From positions 450,001 through 482,000 of the forward strand of contig NC_017080.1 of assembly GCF_000284115.1 (NCBI RefSeq): a stretch of DNA of 32,000 bases, read 5' to 3'. Of the stretch, positions 18,337 to 27,901 are shown piece by piece; position 1 is the stretch's first letter, and each line of letters begins with the position of its first letter. The translations under genes and the position numbers were made by a program. Source of the stretch: Phycisphaera mikurensis NBRC 102666 (GTDB lineage: Bacteria; Planctomycetota; Phycisphaerae; Phycisphaerales; Phycisphaeraceae). The notes beneath the pieces were generated by a model that was not told the origin of the DNA, ran no database searches, and was given only the letters and a program-made list of their open reading frames with translations.

Positions 18337-21300
18337 GCCCCGGAGAGGCCGCGATGCCCCGCGGATCGGCCGAGCGGGCCTCCCGCTGCGTCTACTACCC
18401 CCGCTTCCGCGGGGCCGAAGCGCTCACCAGCCACTTCCACCGCGCGGGCTGGTACCTGCCGCACCGGCCGGGCGTCTGCGACCGGGTCACGCTGGGCGTG
18501 CGGGGCGGCGCGGTGCCCGGCGCGGCGCCTTGGGGCATGGTCGATGCCCGCGACGCCGGGACCAGCGGCCACCTGGAGGTGACGGCCAACCGAACCCTAT
18601 GGCTCCGCCGGTTGCTCGCCGCGCGGGTCGTGCTGGTCTGGGACCGGCGGCACCTGGCCGCGGCGCGGTCCCTGTGCGCGGGCCGGCGCGTCGCGGTCGT
18701 GAACGTCGACACGCACGACCCGGCGGCGTCGGAGTGGGGCGCGTACGCGGGGCTGCACTGGCGGGCGCTGCTCGGCCGCGAGCGGCGGGAGGCGCTGATC
18801 GTGGCGTCGCGCCGCCGCTTCGAAGCCTTCGCGGCGGGCCTCAGGGATGCGCCTTTCGAAGCGGCCGTGGTCTACGGCACCGGGCCCTCCCTCCGAGCTG
18901 CCCGGCGCTTCGACGCCGGCAACGCCTTCCGCGTGGTCTGCAACTCCACCGTGCAGGACGACGCCCTGCTCGACCACGTCCGCCCGCACGTGATCACCGC
19001 CGGCGACGCGCTCAGCCACTTCGGCGTCTCCCGCTACGCCGAGCGCTTCCGGGCCGACCTCGTGCGGGCGCTGCGGGAGCGTGACCTGCTGTTCTTCGGC
19101 ACGGCGACGTTCGCCTCGTTGCTGCTCGCCCACCACCCCGAGATCGAGGACAAGGTGGTGCTCGTCGAGCAGCGGCGGGCCGAGCCCAACCACGACCTCT
19201 TCCAACGCTTCGAGGCCCCGGCCCTCGACAGCACGATGAACATCCACATGCTGCCGCTGGCCGCGACCTTCGCGGGCGACGTCTTCGTCCTCGGCGCCGA
19301 CGGACAGGCGCCCGCCGGCGAGAACGAGGACTTCTGGGCGCACGCCGGCGGGGCGCAGTACCACGGCCTGGTCGACACCGGCCACGCCTGCCACCCAACC
19401 TTCGCGAAAGACCGCAGCGAGCGGACCTACGCCCGGCACCTCGCCTCGGTGGAGGCGACGCTGTCCGCGGGCGAGCGGCACCACGCGAAGCGCTACGCGT
19501 GCCTGCACCCCTCGCACATCCCCGCGATGGCCGAGCGGGCGCTCGACGACGGCTGGCTCGCCGCTCGCGGCCTGTCCGCCTCGGCGGAGCGGCCGGTGCC
19601 GATCGCTTCGCTGCGCCGCTTCCTCGACGGCGACCCGCGGTGGCCGGACCGCGGCGGGGCGGGGCCGACCCCCGGCCGCGCCCGGACCGCCCCCGAAGCC
19701 GACCGGGCGGCGCTGGCCGCGCTCCGCGGCCTGCACCGCGGCCGCGCCGGCCGGCTCGTCGGCGGCACCGCCGGCCCGGGGCCCGGCCGTCCGCGGACCG
19801 GGTCCGAAGAGGTCGTCGTCGCGGTCGACGCGGCCGACGTGCCCGAGGCGGCGGGGAGCGCGGCGGCCCGGCCCGGCTTCCACGCCACCTCGGGCGACCT
19901 GCCGGCGGCGGAGCTCGACGCGGCGCTCGCCGGTCGCATCGGGGTGACCCACGCTCCGGCCGGCTCGGCCGGCGGCCTCGCCCGGGTCCGCGTCGTCGCC
20001 TGGGACGACCTCGGGCCGGTGACCGCCGACCCCGCGGCGGGCCCGCTTTGCTTCAGCGACGACCTCACGCGCGGCGGCTTCAGCGGGTCGCCGCTGATGG
20101 CGGGCCTGCAGCTCGCGGCGCACCTCGGGCTGGACCCGATCCGCCTCGACGGCTGGGACCGAGCCGCCGTGCCGGCCCGCGAGCTCGCGCACGCCCGAGC
20201 CTGGGCACGGGCCCGCGGCGTGCGGCTGGAGGGCTTGCCCGCCGCCGCGGACCGCGGGCTCCCCGCGGCTCCGGGGCCGGCGGTCCGCGGCCCCCGCCGC
20301 CGGGTGGCGGTGGTGATGCGCAACCCGGCCCGCGGGTACAGCGGCGGCCGGTACCACGCGTGGTTCCTCGCCGCGGGCCTGGTGCGGGCGGGGCACCGGG
20401 TGCGCGTGCTGACCGACCGGCTCCCGGCCTTCCTGCACGAGATCCCGCCCGCGGAGCTCGCGGCGATGGACGTGGTGGTGTCCGAGCGGCTGGAGGTCCC
20501 GCGGGGCTGGGCGCCGGACCTGGTCGTGCTCGTGCCCGGCGGCCGCCTCGACCGCCCGCTGGAGACCGCCGGCGTCCGGCTGGCCCGGGACGCGGACGCA
20601 CGCCTGGCGCTCCTGAACTTCGAGAGCGCCGACTGGTTCAACGCGCTGGCGCCCGCCCGCCGCGACGCGTCGCGCTGGGGCGGCTGGCGTTACGTCGCCT
20701 CCCACGCGGACCTCGTGCTCTCCTCCGCCCGCGAGGGCACCCGCTTCGCCCGCCGCTTCTACCGCGAGGCTCCGGCCCACACGCTCTTCCGCGAGGTCGG
20801 CCCGCCGATCCACGACGCGGCGGCGCAGGCGGTGCTCGACGCCGCACCCGCCGCCGCGGCCGAACCGGGGCGCCCGCGGATCGTGTGCATCACACGCTTC
20901 GCGGTGGGCGATCCGCACAAGGGCGGGGCGGAGGTGGCCGGGCTGTTCGGGCCCGAGCTGGCCGGCGCCGAGCTGTGCCTGATCGTCGGCCGCGACGGCG
21001 TGCCCGACGCGGTCCGCGCCGGGCTCGACGCCGCCGCCGAGGCGGCGGGCATGGCGTGGTCGCTGCACGAGCAGGTGGACGACGCCGAGAAGTTCCGCCT
21101 GCTCCACCACGGCGGCCGGCCCAGCGTGCTCGTGTTCCCCAGCCGCTTCGAGGGCTTCGGCTACCCACCGGTGGAGGCGCTGTTCCTGGGCGTGCCCGCC
21201 GTCGCCTACCGGCTGCCGGTGCTCGAGGAGGTGACCGGGGGGCTGGTCGTCTCCGTCGAGCCCGGCGACGTCGCCGGGCTGCGGCGGGCCGCCGCGGAGG

Positions 21301-21641
21301 CGCTCGCCGCCGGCCGCCTCGGGCCCGCGACGCCCGACCCCGGCCGCCTCGCCGCCTGGGAGGACCTCCGCGACCGGGCGAGCCTCGGGGGCTTCGCCCG
21401 CCGCATCGACGGCGTCGTCGCGGAGGTCATGACGCGGCCCGCCCCCCCGGCCGCCCGCGGCGCCCGCCTCTGCGATTGGCCCGAGCCACGCCGCGACCGG
21501 GCCGGGCCGGCCCGCCCGCGGAGGCCGAGGCTCGACCCGAACCCGAGCCTCTACATCCGCGCCCGGCGCGTCGGCGGCGCCATCAAGCGCCGGCTGGGGA
21601 TGCCGACGTCGCTCTCGCGCGAGGCCGGCCCAAGCGGCTGA
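18333..21641 (+). CDS. Large two-module protein: N-terminal GxGPSL (DUF115/MptE-like or sialyltransferase-like) domain fused to C-terminal GT4 glycosyltransferase
   Basis: N-terminal [15 protein letters not shown]...[12 protein letters not shown]; C-terminal [33 protein letters not shown] ... [28 protein letters not shown]. Confidence 0.85.
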   Translation: MSPGEAAMPRGSAERASRCVYYPRFRGAEALTSHFHRAGWYLPHRPGVCDRVTLGVRGGAVPGAAPWGMVDARDAGTSGHLEVTANRTLWLRRLLAARVVLVWDRRHLAAARSLCAGRRVAVVNVDTHDPAASEWGAYAGLHWRALLGRERREALIVASRRRFEAFAAGLRDAPFEAAVVYGTGPSLRAARRFDAGNAFRVVCNSTVQDDALLDHVRPHVITAGDALSHFGVSRYAERFRADLVRALRERDLLFFGTATFASLLLAHHPEIEDKVVLVEQRRAEPNHDLFQRFEAPALDSTMNIHMLPLAATFAGDVFVLGADGQAPAGENEDFWAHAGGAQYHGLVDTGHACHPTFAKDRSERTYARHLASVEATLSAGERHHAKRYACLHPSHIPAMAERALDDGWLAARGLSASAERPVPIASLRRFLDGDPRWPDRGGAGPTPGRARTAPEADRAALAALRGLHRGRAGRLVGGTAGPGPGRPRTGSEEVVVAVDAADVPEAAGSAAARPGFHATSGDLPAAELDAALAGRIGVTHAPAGSAGGLARVRVVAWDDLGPVTADPAAGPLCFSDDLTRGGFSGSPLMAGLQLAAHLGLDPIRLDGWDRAAVPARELAHARAWARARGVRLEGLPAAADRGLPAAPGPAVRGPRRRVAVVMRNPARGYSGGRYHAWFLAAGLVRAGHRVRVLTDRLPAFLHEIPPAELAAMDVVVSERLEVPRGWAPDLVVLVPGGRLDRPLETAGVRLARDADARLALLNFESADWFNALAPARRDASRWGGWRYVASHADLVLSSAREGTRFARRFYREAPAHTLFREVGPPIHDAAAQAVLDAAPAAAAEPGRPRIVCITRFAVGDPHKGGAEVAGLFGPELAGAELCLIVGRDGVPDAVRAGLDAAAEAAGMAWSLHEQVDDAEKFRLLHHGGRPSVLVFPSRFEGFGYPPVEALFLGVPAVAYRLPVLEEVTGGLVVSVEPGDVAGLRRAAAEALAAGRLGPATPDPGRLAAWEDLRDRASLGGFARRIDGVVAEVMTRPAPPAARGARLCDWPEPRRDRAGPARPRRPRLDPNPSLYIRARRVGGAIKRRLGMPTSLSREAGPSG
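20245..20290. repeat. 46-bp palindromic element, copy 4 (at interdomain linker of large glycosyltransferase)
   Basis: CCGCGGACCGCGG GCTCCCCGCGGCTCCGGGGC CGGCGGTCCGCGG; 12/13 arm match, 20-nt spacer. Confidence 0.85.
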
Positions 21642-23419
21642 ACGGAAGAGCGCGACGCCGGCCCGGACGCGGATCGGGGCGGGTCCTGCCGGGGCTTGGG
21701 CTTGGGCTCCCAGACCTCCAGGATCAGCTCGGTGCACGACAGGCTCCGCGTCACGTCGTACTCCTCCCGCAGCCAGGCGAGCACCGCGTCGACCTGGTCC
21801 TCGCCGGGGTACCCCCGGCCGCCGCGCTTCTCCCAGGGCCGCATCGTCACGGTGCGGAGGGGGCCCCCGCCGCCGCCGGCACGCACCCGCGCCAGCGCCT
21901 CGGCGGGTGTGGAGGTCGCCAGCGGGTCGTCGATCCAGTCGCCGCTGAAGCGCCAAAGCAGCGGCGGCGCCTCTCCCGGGCGGCCCGCCCGCTGGTGCAG
22001 GTAGCGGAGGCGGTCGCGCTCGACCACGCCGCCGAGCGTGGGCAGGCCGTCGGTGGCGGCGACCAACGCGTCCATCTCCTCCATGCACGCGCGGAACCCG
22101 ACGCCGCGCACGAACGCGGGCGCCGAGGCGGCGAAACCCACCGCGGCGGCAGCGGCCACGAGGCCGAGGGAGGCCGCGCCGGGCACGCCCCGCGGCGCTC
22201 CGAGCCCGCCCCGCCGGGCCGCCGCCAGCGCCGCCCGGGTGGCCGACTCGAGCCCGCAGATCGCCACGATCAGCAGCGGCCCCTGGGTGAAGAGCGCGTA
22301 GCGGACGTAGCCGAACGGCAGCCGCCCCAGCAGGGAGGCCGCGGCGAGCACGGCCGCCTGGAGCAGCACGAACAGCACCGTCGCCCGCCGCGCCCCGCCG
22401 CGCGCGAGGCCGTCGACGCAGCCGATGCCCAGCAGCAGGAGCATCGCGGAGGTGATCCACCACGCGGCGGCGTCCGCCGCTCTTCGGTCGAGCAGGTCCC
22501 GCAGCGACACGGGCTCCAGCGCCGTCCACAGCCAGTTCCACCCGCGGTCGGCGAGGAAATGAACCGCCCCCGTGGCCCCGCCCGCTTCGGCCTCGACGCT
22601 GCGCGGGTAGAGCCACGGCCAGACCGCCGGGCGCGGGTCGGCCAGCTCGCCGTGGGTGAAACGCGCCAGCACCACGCCGATCGTCACCAGCAGCACCGCC
22701 GCCAGCGCCGCGGCGGGCGCCCACCGCACGCGCGGGACGCTCACCGGGCCCGCGTCGCGCCCGCGCAGGCACCCCGCGGCGAGCGCGACGGCCCCGGCCG
22801 CGGCCAGCGGGAGCGCCGAGCCCAGGTACGCGAACAGCATCGCCACCATGAGCGCCGCGGTGAGCACCAGCGTTCGGGGCGACTCCGCGAAGCCACGCCG
22901 CCGCCACCGCAGCATCAGGGCCCAGGCGACAACCGAGGCGGCGAGCATCAGCGCGTAGTTGAACCAGCCGAACCCGCCCCAGTAGAGCCACGCCGCGTTG
23001 CTCGCGAACACCAGCAGCGCCGCCGGGGCGAAGCCCGGCCGCAGCAAGCCCTCGCGGACCGCCGTCCACGCGGCCCCGATCGCGGCCAGGAAGGCGATGG
23101 CCACCGCGAGCAGGCGGTAGCTCTCGACGCTGCCCACGCCCGGCAGCCGCGAGTACGCGAACATGAGCACCTCCGCCCCGAAGTGCCCGACGCCGTAGAA
23201 CGCCGTCTCGGACAGCCGGTCGCTCGCGAAGAGGTCCTGCGCCCACCGGTACTCGTCGCTCCAGTGGCCGCCGCCGAAGACGCGGCCCAGAAGGGCGGCC
23301 ACGAGCGCGCCGGCCGCGGCGAGCAGCGGCGCGCCGCGTCGCCACCGGGGCGGGCGGCCGGCACCGGATGCCGCCGCGTCCCCGGGAGCCGCGGCCGGTG
23401 GCGGGAGCCTTTCCTGCAT
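21551..23419 (-). CDS. Polytopic membrane protein (GT39/O-antigen-ligase-like architecture), paralogue of the divergent neighbour
   Basis: Many TM segments; SVESYRLLAVAIAFLAAIGAAWTAVREGLLRPGFAPAALLV... YLGSALPLAAAGAVAL; ATG at 23419 preferred over ORF start 23551. Confidence 0.75.
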   Translation of the reverse strand: MQERLPPPAAAPGDAAASGAGRPPRWRRGAPLLAAAGALVAALLGRVFGGGHWSDEYRWAQDLFASDRLSETAFYGVGHFGAEVLMFAYSRLPGVGSVESYRLLAVAIAFLAAIGAAWTAVREGLLRPGFAPAALLVFASNAAWLYWGGFGWFNYALMLAASVVAWALMLRWRRRGFAESPRTLVLTAALMVAMLFAYLGSALPLAAAGAVALAAGCLRGRDAGPVSVPRVRWAPAAALAAVLLVTIGVVLARFTHGELADPRPAVWPWLYPRSVEAEAGGATGAVHFLADRGWNWLWTALEPVSLRDLLDRRAADAAAWWITSAMLLLLGIGCVDGLARGGARRATVLFVLLQAAVLAAASLLGRLPFGYVRYALFTQGPLLIVAICGLESATRAALAAARRGGLGAPRGVPGAASLGLVAAAAAVGFAASAPAFVRGVGFRACMEEMDALVAATDGLPTLGGVVERDRLRYLHQRAGRPGEAPPLLWRFSGDWIDDPLATSTPAEALARVRAGGGGGPLRTVTMRPWEKRGGRGYPGEDQVDAVLAWLREEYDVTRSLSCTELILEVWEPKPKPRQDPPRSASGPASRSSVQPLGPASRESDVGIPSRRLMAPPTRRARM

Positions 23420-23532
23420 GGGCGCAACCGTAACGCGGAGTTCGCGTTTTCCCCCTGCGGCATCGGTACGGTTGCCGCCCGATCCGCGCCCCGGACGAGC
23501 CGAGGCGCGTCCTGGAACCCCTCGCCGCGTCC

Positions 23533-25227
23533 ATGAACCCGCCGCCCGCACCCGTGCCCCCCGCCGCCCCGCGGGCCCTGCTCCCGCCGCTTCGCGCCGG
23601 CGTCGCGGTCGTGGTGTCCCTGCTGGTGCTGGCGGCGGCGTTGTTCTCCCGCGCGCTGGCGGGCGGCCCCGGGTTCGACACCGACCAGTACGCCCTGCCC
23701 GCCCTCAACAACGCGGCCTCCCGCTTCGACGAGTCGATGTGGCACAACACGGGCCAGACCGGGATCAACCTGCAGATGTACGCGGCCTCGCGGCTGGGGG
23801 TGAGCTCGGTCGAGGGCTTCCGAATCGTCGCCGCGGCGATCGCGTTGGCCGCCGCCGCGGTGATGGTCCGGACCGCCGTGCGGGAGCGCGTGGTGCCCCG
23901 CGGGGCGGCCCCGCTCCTGGTGGCGGTGCTGCTGCTCAACGAGCCGTTCATGCACTGGGGCACGTACGGCCCCTTCATGTACGCCGAGTTCCTCGCGAGC
24001 GGAGCCCTCGCGTGGTGGTGGATGCTGCGGTGGCGGAGGACGCGCTTCCACGGCGGCCTCGCGGAGGCGGTGCTGACCCCGGCCGCGCTGGTTCTGAGTG
24101 TCTACGTCTACATCGGCAGCGCCCTGCCGCTGGCGGTGGCGGGCCTCCTGGCCCTCGGCCACGCCCTCGCCGCGGATCGCGGAGGCGGCTCGCCCACGCG
24201 GCCGCGGCCCGCCTGGGGCCGGGCGAGCCTGTACGCGGCGTCTCTGGCGATCGCCGCTCCCGCCGTCTACGCCCTCGCTTCGCACAAGGAGCTGCGCGAG
24301 CCCCGCCGCGGGATCCACCACCTGCTGTTCAGCAGGCAGAACGGGGGCAACGCCGGCGGGCTGGCCGCCGTGCCGGGCTTCCTGGTCGAGCACACGGGCT
24401 GGTGGATCCGCTCGGCGCTGCAGCCGGTGGAGGGCTTCGGCCTGCTCTTCTGGCCGATGGTGCTCGCGTTGCTGGTGGGGTTGATCGGCTGCCTGGCGCG
24501 GCGGGGCACGCCGGCGGCGGCGACCGCGTGGTTCGTGCTCTTGAACGCCGCCGGCATGGCGGTGCTGGCCATCCGTCCCGGCACCCCTTTCGGCAGCGTG
24601 CGCTACGGCCTCTTCGTGCAGCTGGCGATCCTGGTCACCGCCGCGGCCGGCCTCGGGATCCTCGCCGCGCGGACGCGGGCGGCCTTCGCGCGGGACGAAC
24701 GCGCGACGGCCCCCCCGGCGTCCGCGCCGCCGGCGCGCGCGCGGCCCCGGCGGTCGTGGCTCCTCCTCGCCGCCGTGGTCCTGCTCGGCGTCGTCCTCTC
24801 GGCGCGGTGGCTCGGGCAGGCGGCGGAGCACCGGGCCGCCTTCGAGCGGGTCGTCGCGATGGTGGAGCGCACGCGCGGGTGGCCCACCGTGTCGGACTCC
24901 CTCGCCCACTACGCGATGCTGTACATCGGCGAGTCGGCGCAGCACGCGGCGAGCGTCGTGCCGAAGAACCTCGTGCGGCCCGGCGACGCGGCGGACGACG
25001 CCGGCGCGGTCCAGGTCGCGGCGCTGGAAGCGCTCGGCGATCCGCCGAGGCTCCGCACCCTCTCGCGCTTCCAGAACGTGGAGCCCGTCGCCCGGCCCGG
25101 AGGCGAGGGCCCGCGGGTCGGGTACGAGAACCACCCGGTGGTCGACGCCTGGGTCAACGATCGCTACCGGCCGGTGGAGCGGGAGTCGGTGCCGAGCCTC
25201 AACGTCACGCTCTGGGAGCGGAAGTAG
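23533..25227 (+). CDS. Polytopic membrane protein, paralogue of the divergent neighbour
   Basis: MNPPPAPVPPAAPRALLPPL...SRLGVSSVEGFRIVAAAIALAAAAVMVRTAVRERVVPRGAAPLLV...YIGSALPLAVAGLLAL. Confidence 0.8.
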   Translation: MNPPPAPVPPAAPRALLPPLRAGVAVVVSLLVLAAALFSRALAGGPGFDTDQYALPALNNAASRFDESMWHNTGQTGINLQMYAASRLGVSSVEGFRIVAAAIALAAAAVMVRTAVRERVVPRGAAPLLVAVLLLNEPFMHWGTYGPFMYAEFLASGALAWWWMLRWRRTRFHGGLAEAVLTPAALVLSVYVYIGSALPLAVAGLLALGHALAADRGGGSPTRPRPAWGRASLYAASLAIAAPAVYALASHKELREPRRGIHHLLFSRQNGGNAGGLAAVPGFLVEHTGWWIRSALQPVEGFGLLFWPMVLALLVGLIGCLARRGTPAAATAWFVLLNAAGMAVLAIRPGTPFGSVRYGLFVQLAILVTAAAGLGILAARTRAAFARDERATAPPASAPPARARPRRSWLLLAAVVLLGVVLSARWLGQAAEHRAAFERVVAMVERTRGWPTVSDSLAHYAMLYIGESAQHAASVVPKNLVRPGDAADDAGAVQVAALEALGDPPRLRTLSRFQNVEPVARPGGEGPRVGYENHPVVDAWVNDRYRPVERESVPSLNVTLWERK

Positions 25228-25229
25228 GC

Positions 25230-25251
25230 GACGGGCCCGGCGCGGCCCGTC
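25230..25251. terminator. Stem-loop between convergent stop codons (terminator-like, no clear T-tract)
   Basis: GACGGGCC-CGGCGC-GGCCCGTC, perfect 8-bp stem with 6-nt loop, 3 nt after the 25227 stop. Confidence 0.45.
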
Positions 25252-25311
25252 AGCCGCCTCCGGCGAGGCAGCCACGAGGGGGCGTGGCGCCTCGGTCCGA
25301 TGCGCGGCGGT

Positions 25312-26742
25312 TCAGCGAAACGTCCGCGCGACGATCATGTATCCGATGTACGCGACGCCGGAGAGGAACTGGGCGACGAAGAGCCACTTCAGCACCCGGA
25401 TGCCCGGGGGCACGCAGCGCCCGAGGGCCCGGGGTGCGAAGTGCGCCGTGAGCACGATGAGCAGAAGGGCGCTGGCGGGGATGGTCTGCCAGACGAGGTT
25501 GCCGTGGTGCCGGCGGAGCCCCGACTCGATGAAGACTCCGCTGATCAGGACGCCGCAGGCGGTGAGCAGGCCCGCGTACAGGACCGGGAGGCTCCGCAGC
25601 AGGCGGCCGGGCTCCAGGGCGAGCGCGAGCAGCGGGATGCAGAAGGAGATCAGCAGCGAGACCGGCACGTACCAGGCCGCTGTCCAGGCGATGAACACCT
25701 CGAAGAAGCCCCCGATCGTCAGCCCGTCCTCGCCGTCGTTGAACGAGCCGACCCCGAGGCGGTAGATCAGCACGTACTGCGCGGCCACCGCGGCCGCGCC
25801 CACTGTGTACGCGGCCAGGTTCAGGAGCGTCTTCGCGACGCCCCGGTCCCGCGCGAAGACGATCAGCAGGAGCGTGGACACCGGGAGGAAGACGAAGAGG
25901 AAGGACGGCTTGATCAGCGCGTTCACGAGGATCAGGCCCGACAGCGCCGCGAACCGCCGCGGCGTCAGGTCGTGCCCGCCGGCGAACAGCTCCAGCTGCC
26001 GCCGGAACAGGAGGATCGCGAACGGGAACAGCACGATCGTCGTGGAGTTGTGCCAGACCACCGGCACGAACCGCCCGAGGTACATGCGGCCGAGGCCGAA
26101 AACCAGGTAGGGGTCCGGGATCGTGAAGCTGATCCCCAGCATCAGCGACAGCGACGCGATCGTGCGGGCGCCGGGGGTCGCGCCCCCGCGGGCGAGCAGC
26201 CACCGCAGCAGCGACTTCGTGAGGGCGTAGCGCCAGGCGACCGCGCCCGCGAGCAGGAACACGGCCGCGGCTCGGAGCGCCGCGAGGTCGCCCGAGAAGC
26301 CGCTGAGCAGGTCCAGCGCGAGGTAGTAGAGGAAGTTCGGCGGGTACGCGGCCTCGCCGTCGCGGATCTTCTGGACCTGCGCGACGTGAGGCAGGAGGTC
26401 GCCCTCGGCGTAGAGGAGCAGGTACGCGAAGAAGGCCGCGGCGGCCACGAACACCAGCGCCACGTCCGCGTGGAGCCGGTGCCCGGCGCGCGGGGGCGAG
26501 GCGGATGGGGGCGTGGCAGGCAGGGGCAGTCCTCGAGAGAATCCGAGCCCGGCTCGCGACCGTCCGGGCTGGCACGCGGGCCGCGGGCTCGATCCGCTGG
26601 AAAACCCTACCGGCCGACCGGCTCGCGTCGGGCCCGCTCCGCGGGTCGGGCCCGGTAACTTCCGTACGCCGGCCGTCGGATCGACCCGAACCCCGCCGCG
26701 GCCGAGCCCGACCGATGCCGGAAGCTCCCGCCCCACCCCCAC
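25312..26742 (-). CDS. Polytopic membrane protein of unknown function; start uncertain (ORF maximum given, probably starts downstream near 26490-26570)
   Basis: Hydrophobic blocks VALVFVAAAAFFAYLLLYAEGDLLPHVAQVQKI..., LYAGLLTACGVLISGVFIESGLRRHHGNLVWQTIPASALLLIVL; the longest form would overlap the divergent DegT start. Confidence 0.7.
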   Translation of the reverse strand: MGVGRELPASVGLGRGGVRVDPTAGVRKLPGPTRGAGPTRAGRPVGFSSGSSPRPACQPGRSRAGLGFSRGLPLPATPPSASPPRAGHRLHADVALVFVAAAAFFAYLLLYAEGDLLPHVAQVQKIRDGEAAYPPNFLYYLALDLLSGFSGDLAALRAAAVFLLAGAVAWRYALTKSLLRWLLARGGATPGARTIASLSLMLGISFTIPDPYLVFGLGRMYLGRFVPVVWHNSTTIVLFPFAILLFRRQLELFAGGHDLTPRRFAALSGLILVNALIKPSFLFVFLPVSTLLLIVFARDRGVAKTLLNLAAYTVGAAAVAAQYVLIYRLGVGSFNDGEDGLTIGGFFEVFIAWTAAWYVPVSLLISFCIPLLALALEPGRLLRSLPVLYAGLLTACGVLISGVFIESGLRRHHGNLVWQTIPASALLLIVLTAHFAPRALGRCVPPGIRVLKWLFVAQFLSGVAYIGYMIVARTFR

Positions 26743-27887
26743 GGATCCCCTTCAACAAGCCCTTCGTGGCGGGCAAGGAGCTCTTCTACATCGCGCAGGC
26801 GGTGACCAAGGGCAACCTCGGCGGCGACGGCTTCTACACGCGGGCGTGCTGCCGGCTGATGGAGGAACGCTTCGGGGTGCCGCACGTGCTGCTCACGCCC
26901 TCGTGCACGGCGTCGCTGGAGATGGCGGCGACGCTCTGCGGCTTCGAGCCCGGCGACGAGGTCATCCTGCCCTCGTACACGTTCGTGTCGACGGCCTCGG
27001 CTTTCGTGCGCGCCGGCGCGAAGCCGGTGTTCGTCGACGTGCGGCCCGACACGCTGAACATCGACGAGACGCAGATCGAGGCGGCCGTCACCGAGCGGAC
27101 ACGCGCGATCTGCGTCGTCCACTACGCCGGGATCGCCTGCGAGATGGACACGATCCTGGCCATCGCGGAGCGGAACGGGCTGCGCGTGGTCGAGGACGCG
27201 GCGCAGGGCGTCAACGCCTTCTACAAGGGCCGCGCCCTCGGCTCGATGGGCGACCTGGGCTGCTACAGCTTCCACGAGACCAAGAACTTGATCTGCGGCG
27301 AGGGCGGGGCGTTGTGCATCAACGACCCGGCGCTGCTGCGGCGCTCGGAGATCCTCCGCGACAAGGGGACCAACCGGCAGGCCTTCTTCCGCGGCGACGT
27401 CGACAAGTACACCTGGGTCGACGTGGGCTCGTCCTACGTGCCCAGCGAGATCACCTCGGCCTTCCTCTACGCGCAGCTCGAGGAGATGGACCGCATCACC
27501 CGGCGGCGGGCGGAGATCTTCCGCCGCTACGCGGAGGGCCTCGCGCCGGAGGTCGCCGCCGGCCGGCTGCGGCCGCCGCACGCGCCCGCGGGCTGCGTCG
27601 GCAACCACCACCTCTTCTACGCGATCCTGGCGTCGACCGAGGCCCGGGACGCGGCGCTGGAAGCCTTCCGCGCCGCGAACATCCAGGCGGTTTTCCACTA
27701 CGTGCCGCTGCACGCGGCGCCGATGGGCCGCGAGCTCGCCGGGGGCCGATCGCTCCCGGTGACCGAGGACCTCGCCGCCCGGCTGCTCCGCCTGCCCATG
27801 TTCTTCGACCTGACCGAGACGGAGCAGGATCGCGTGATCGCCACCTTCCGCGGGTTCCTCGCGGGCGGGCCGCCGCCCGACGCGTGA
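26715..27887 (+). CDS. DegT/DnrJ/EryC1/StrS (WecE/RffA-like) sugar aminotransferase
   Basis: IPFNKPFVAGKELFYIAQAV...GNLGGDGFYTRAC, GDEVILPSYTFVSTASAFVRAGAKPVFVD, VVEDAAQGVNAFYKGRALGSMGDLGCYSFHETKNLICGEGGAL (PLP lysine in HETKN). Confidence 0.95.
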   Translation: MPEAPAPPPRIPFNKPFVAGKELFYIAQAVTKGNLGGDGFYTRACCRLMEERFGVPHVLLTPSCTASLEMAATLCGFEPGDEVILPSYTFVSTASAFVRAGAKPVFVDVRPDTLNIDETQIEAAVTERTRAICVVHYAGIACEMDTILAIAERNGLRVVEDAAQGVNAFYKGRALGSMGDLGCYSFHETKNLICGEGGALCINDPALLRRSEILRDKGTNRQAFFRGDVDKYTWVDVGSSYVPSEITSAFLYAQLEEMDRITRRRAEIFRRYAEGLAPEVAAGRLRPPHAPAGCVGNHHLFYAILASTEARDAALEAFRAANIQAVFHYVPLHAAPMGRELAGGRSLPVTEDLAARLLRLPMFFDLTETEQDRVIATFRGFLAGGPPPDA

Positions 27888-27901
27888 ATCCGCAACCGCC
27901 C

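Noticed and set aside
19642-19654. GGCCGGACCGCGG, resembling a left arm of the 46-bp element
   Set aside because: 10/13 match but no right arm at the required spacing.
19780-19792. CGGCCGTCCGCGG, resembling a right arm of the 46-bp element
   Set aside because: No matching left arm 33 bp upstream (CCGGCTCGTCGGC); likely chance similarity in GC-rich coding DNA.
18597-23978. 1793-aa antisense ORF and many other long overlapping ORFs (e.g. 12513..16127, 19499..23536, 9625..12096)
   Set aside because: GC-rich third positions suppress stop codons on the other frames. The translations are low-complexity R/G/A/P strings without recognised motifs, while the opposite or alternative frame carries clear domains. 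Only the sections in the frame of recognised proteins were kept.
27888-27901. Search for a terminator between the convergent aminotransferase and GT2 genes
   Set aside because: Only 14 bp separate the stop codons and no hairpin is visible there.
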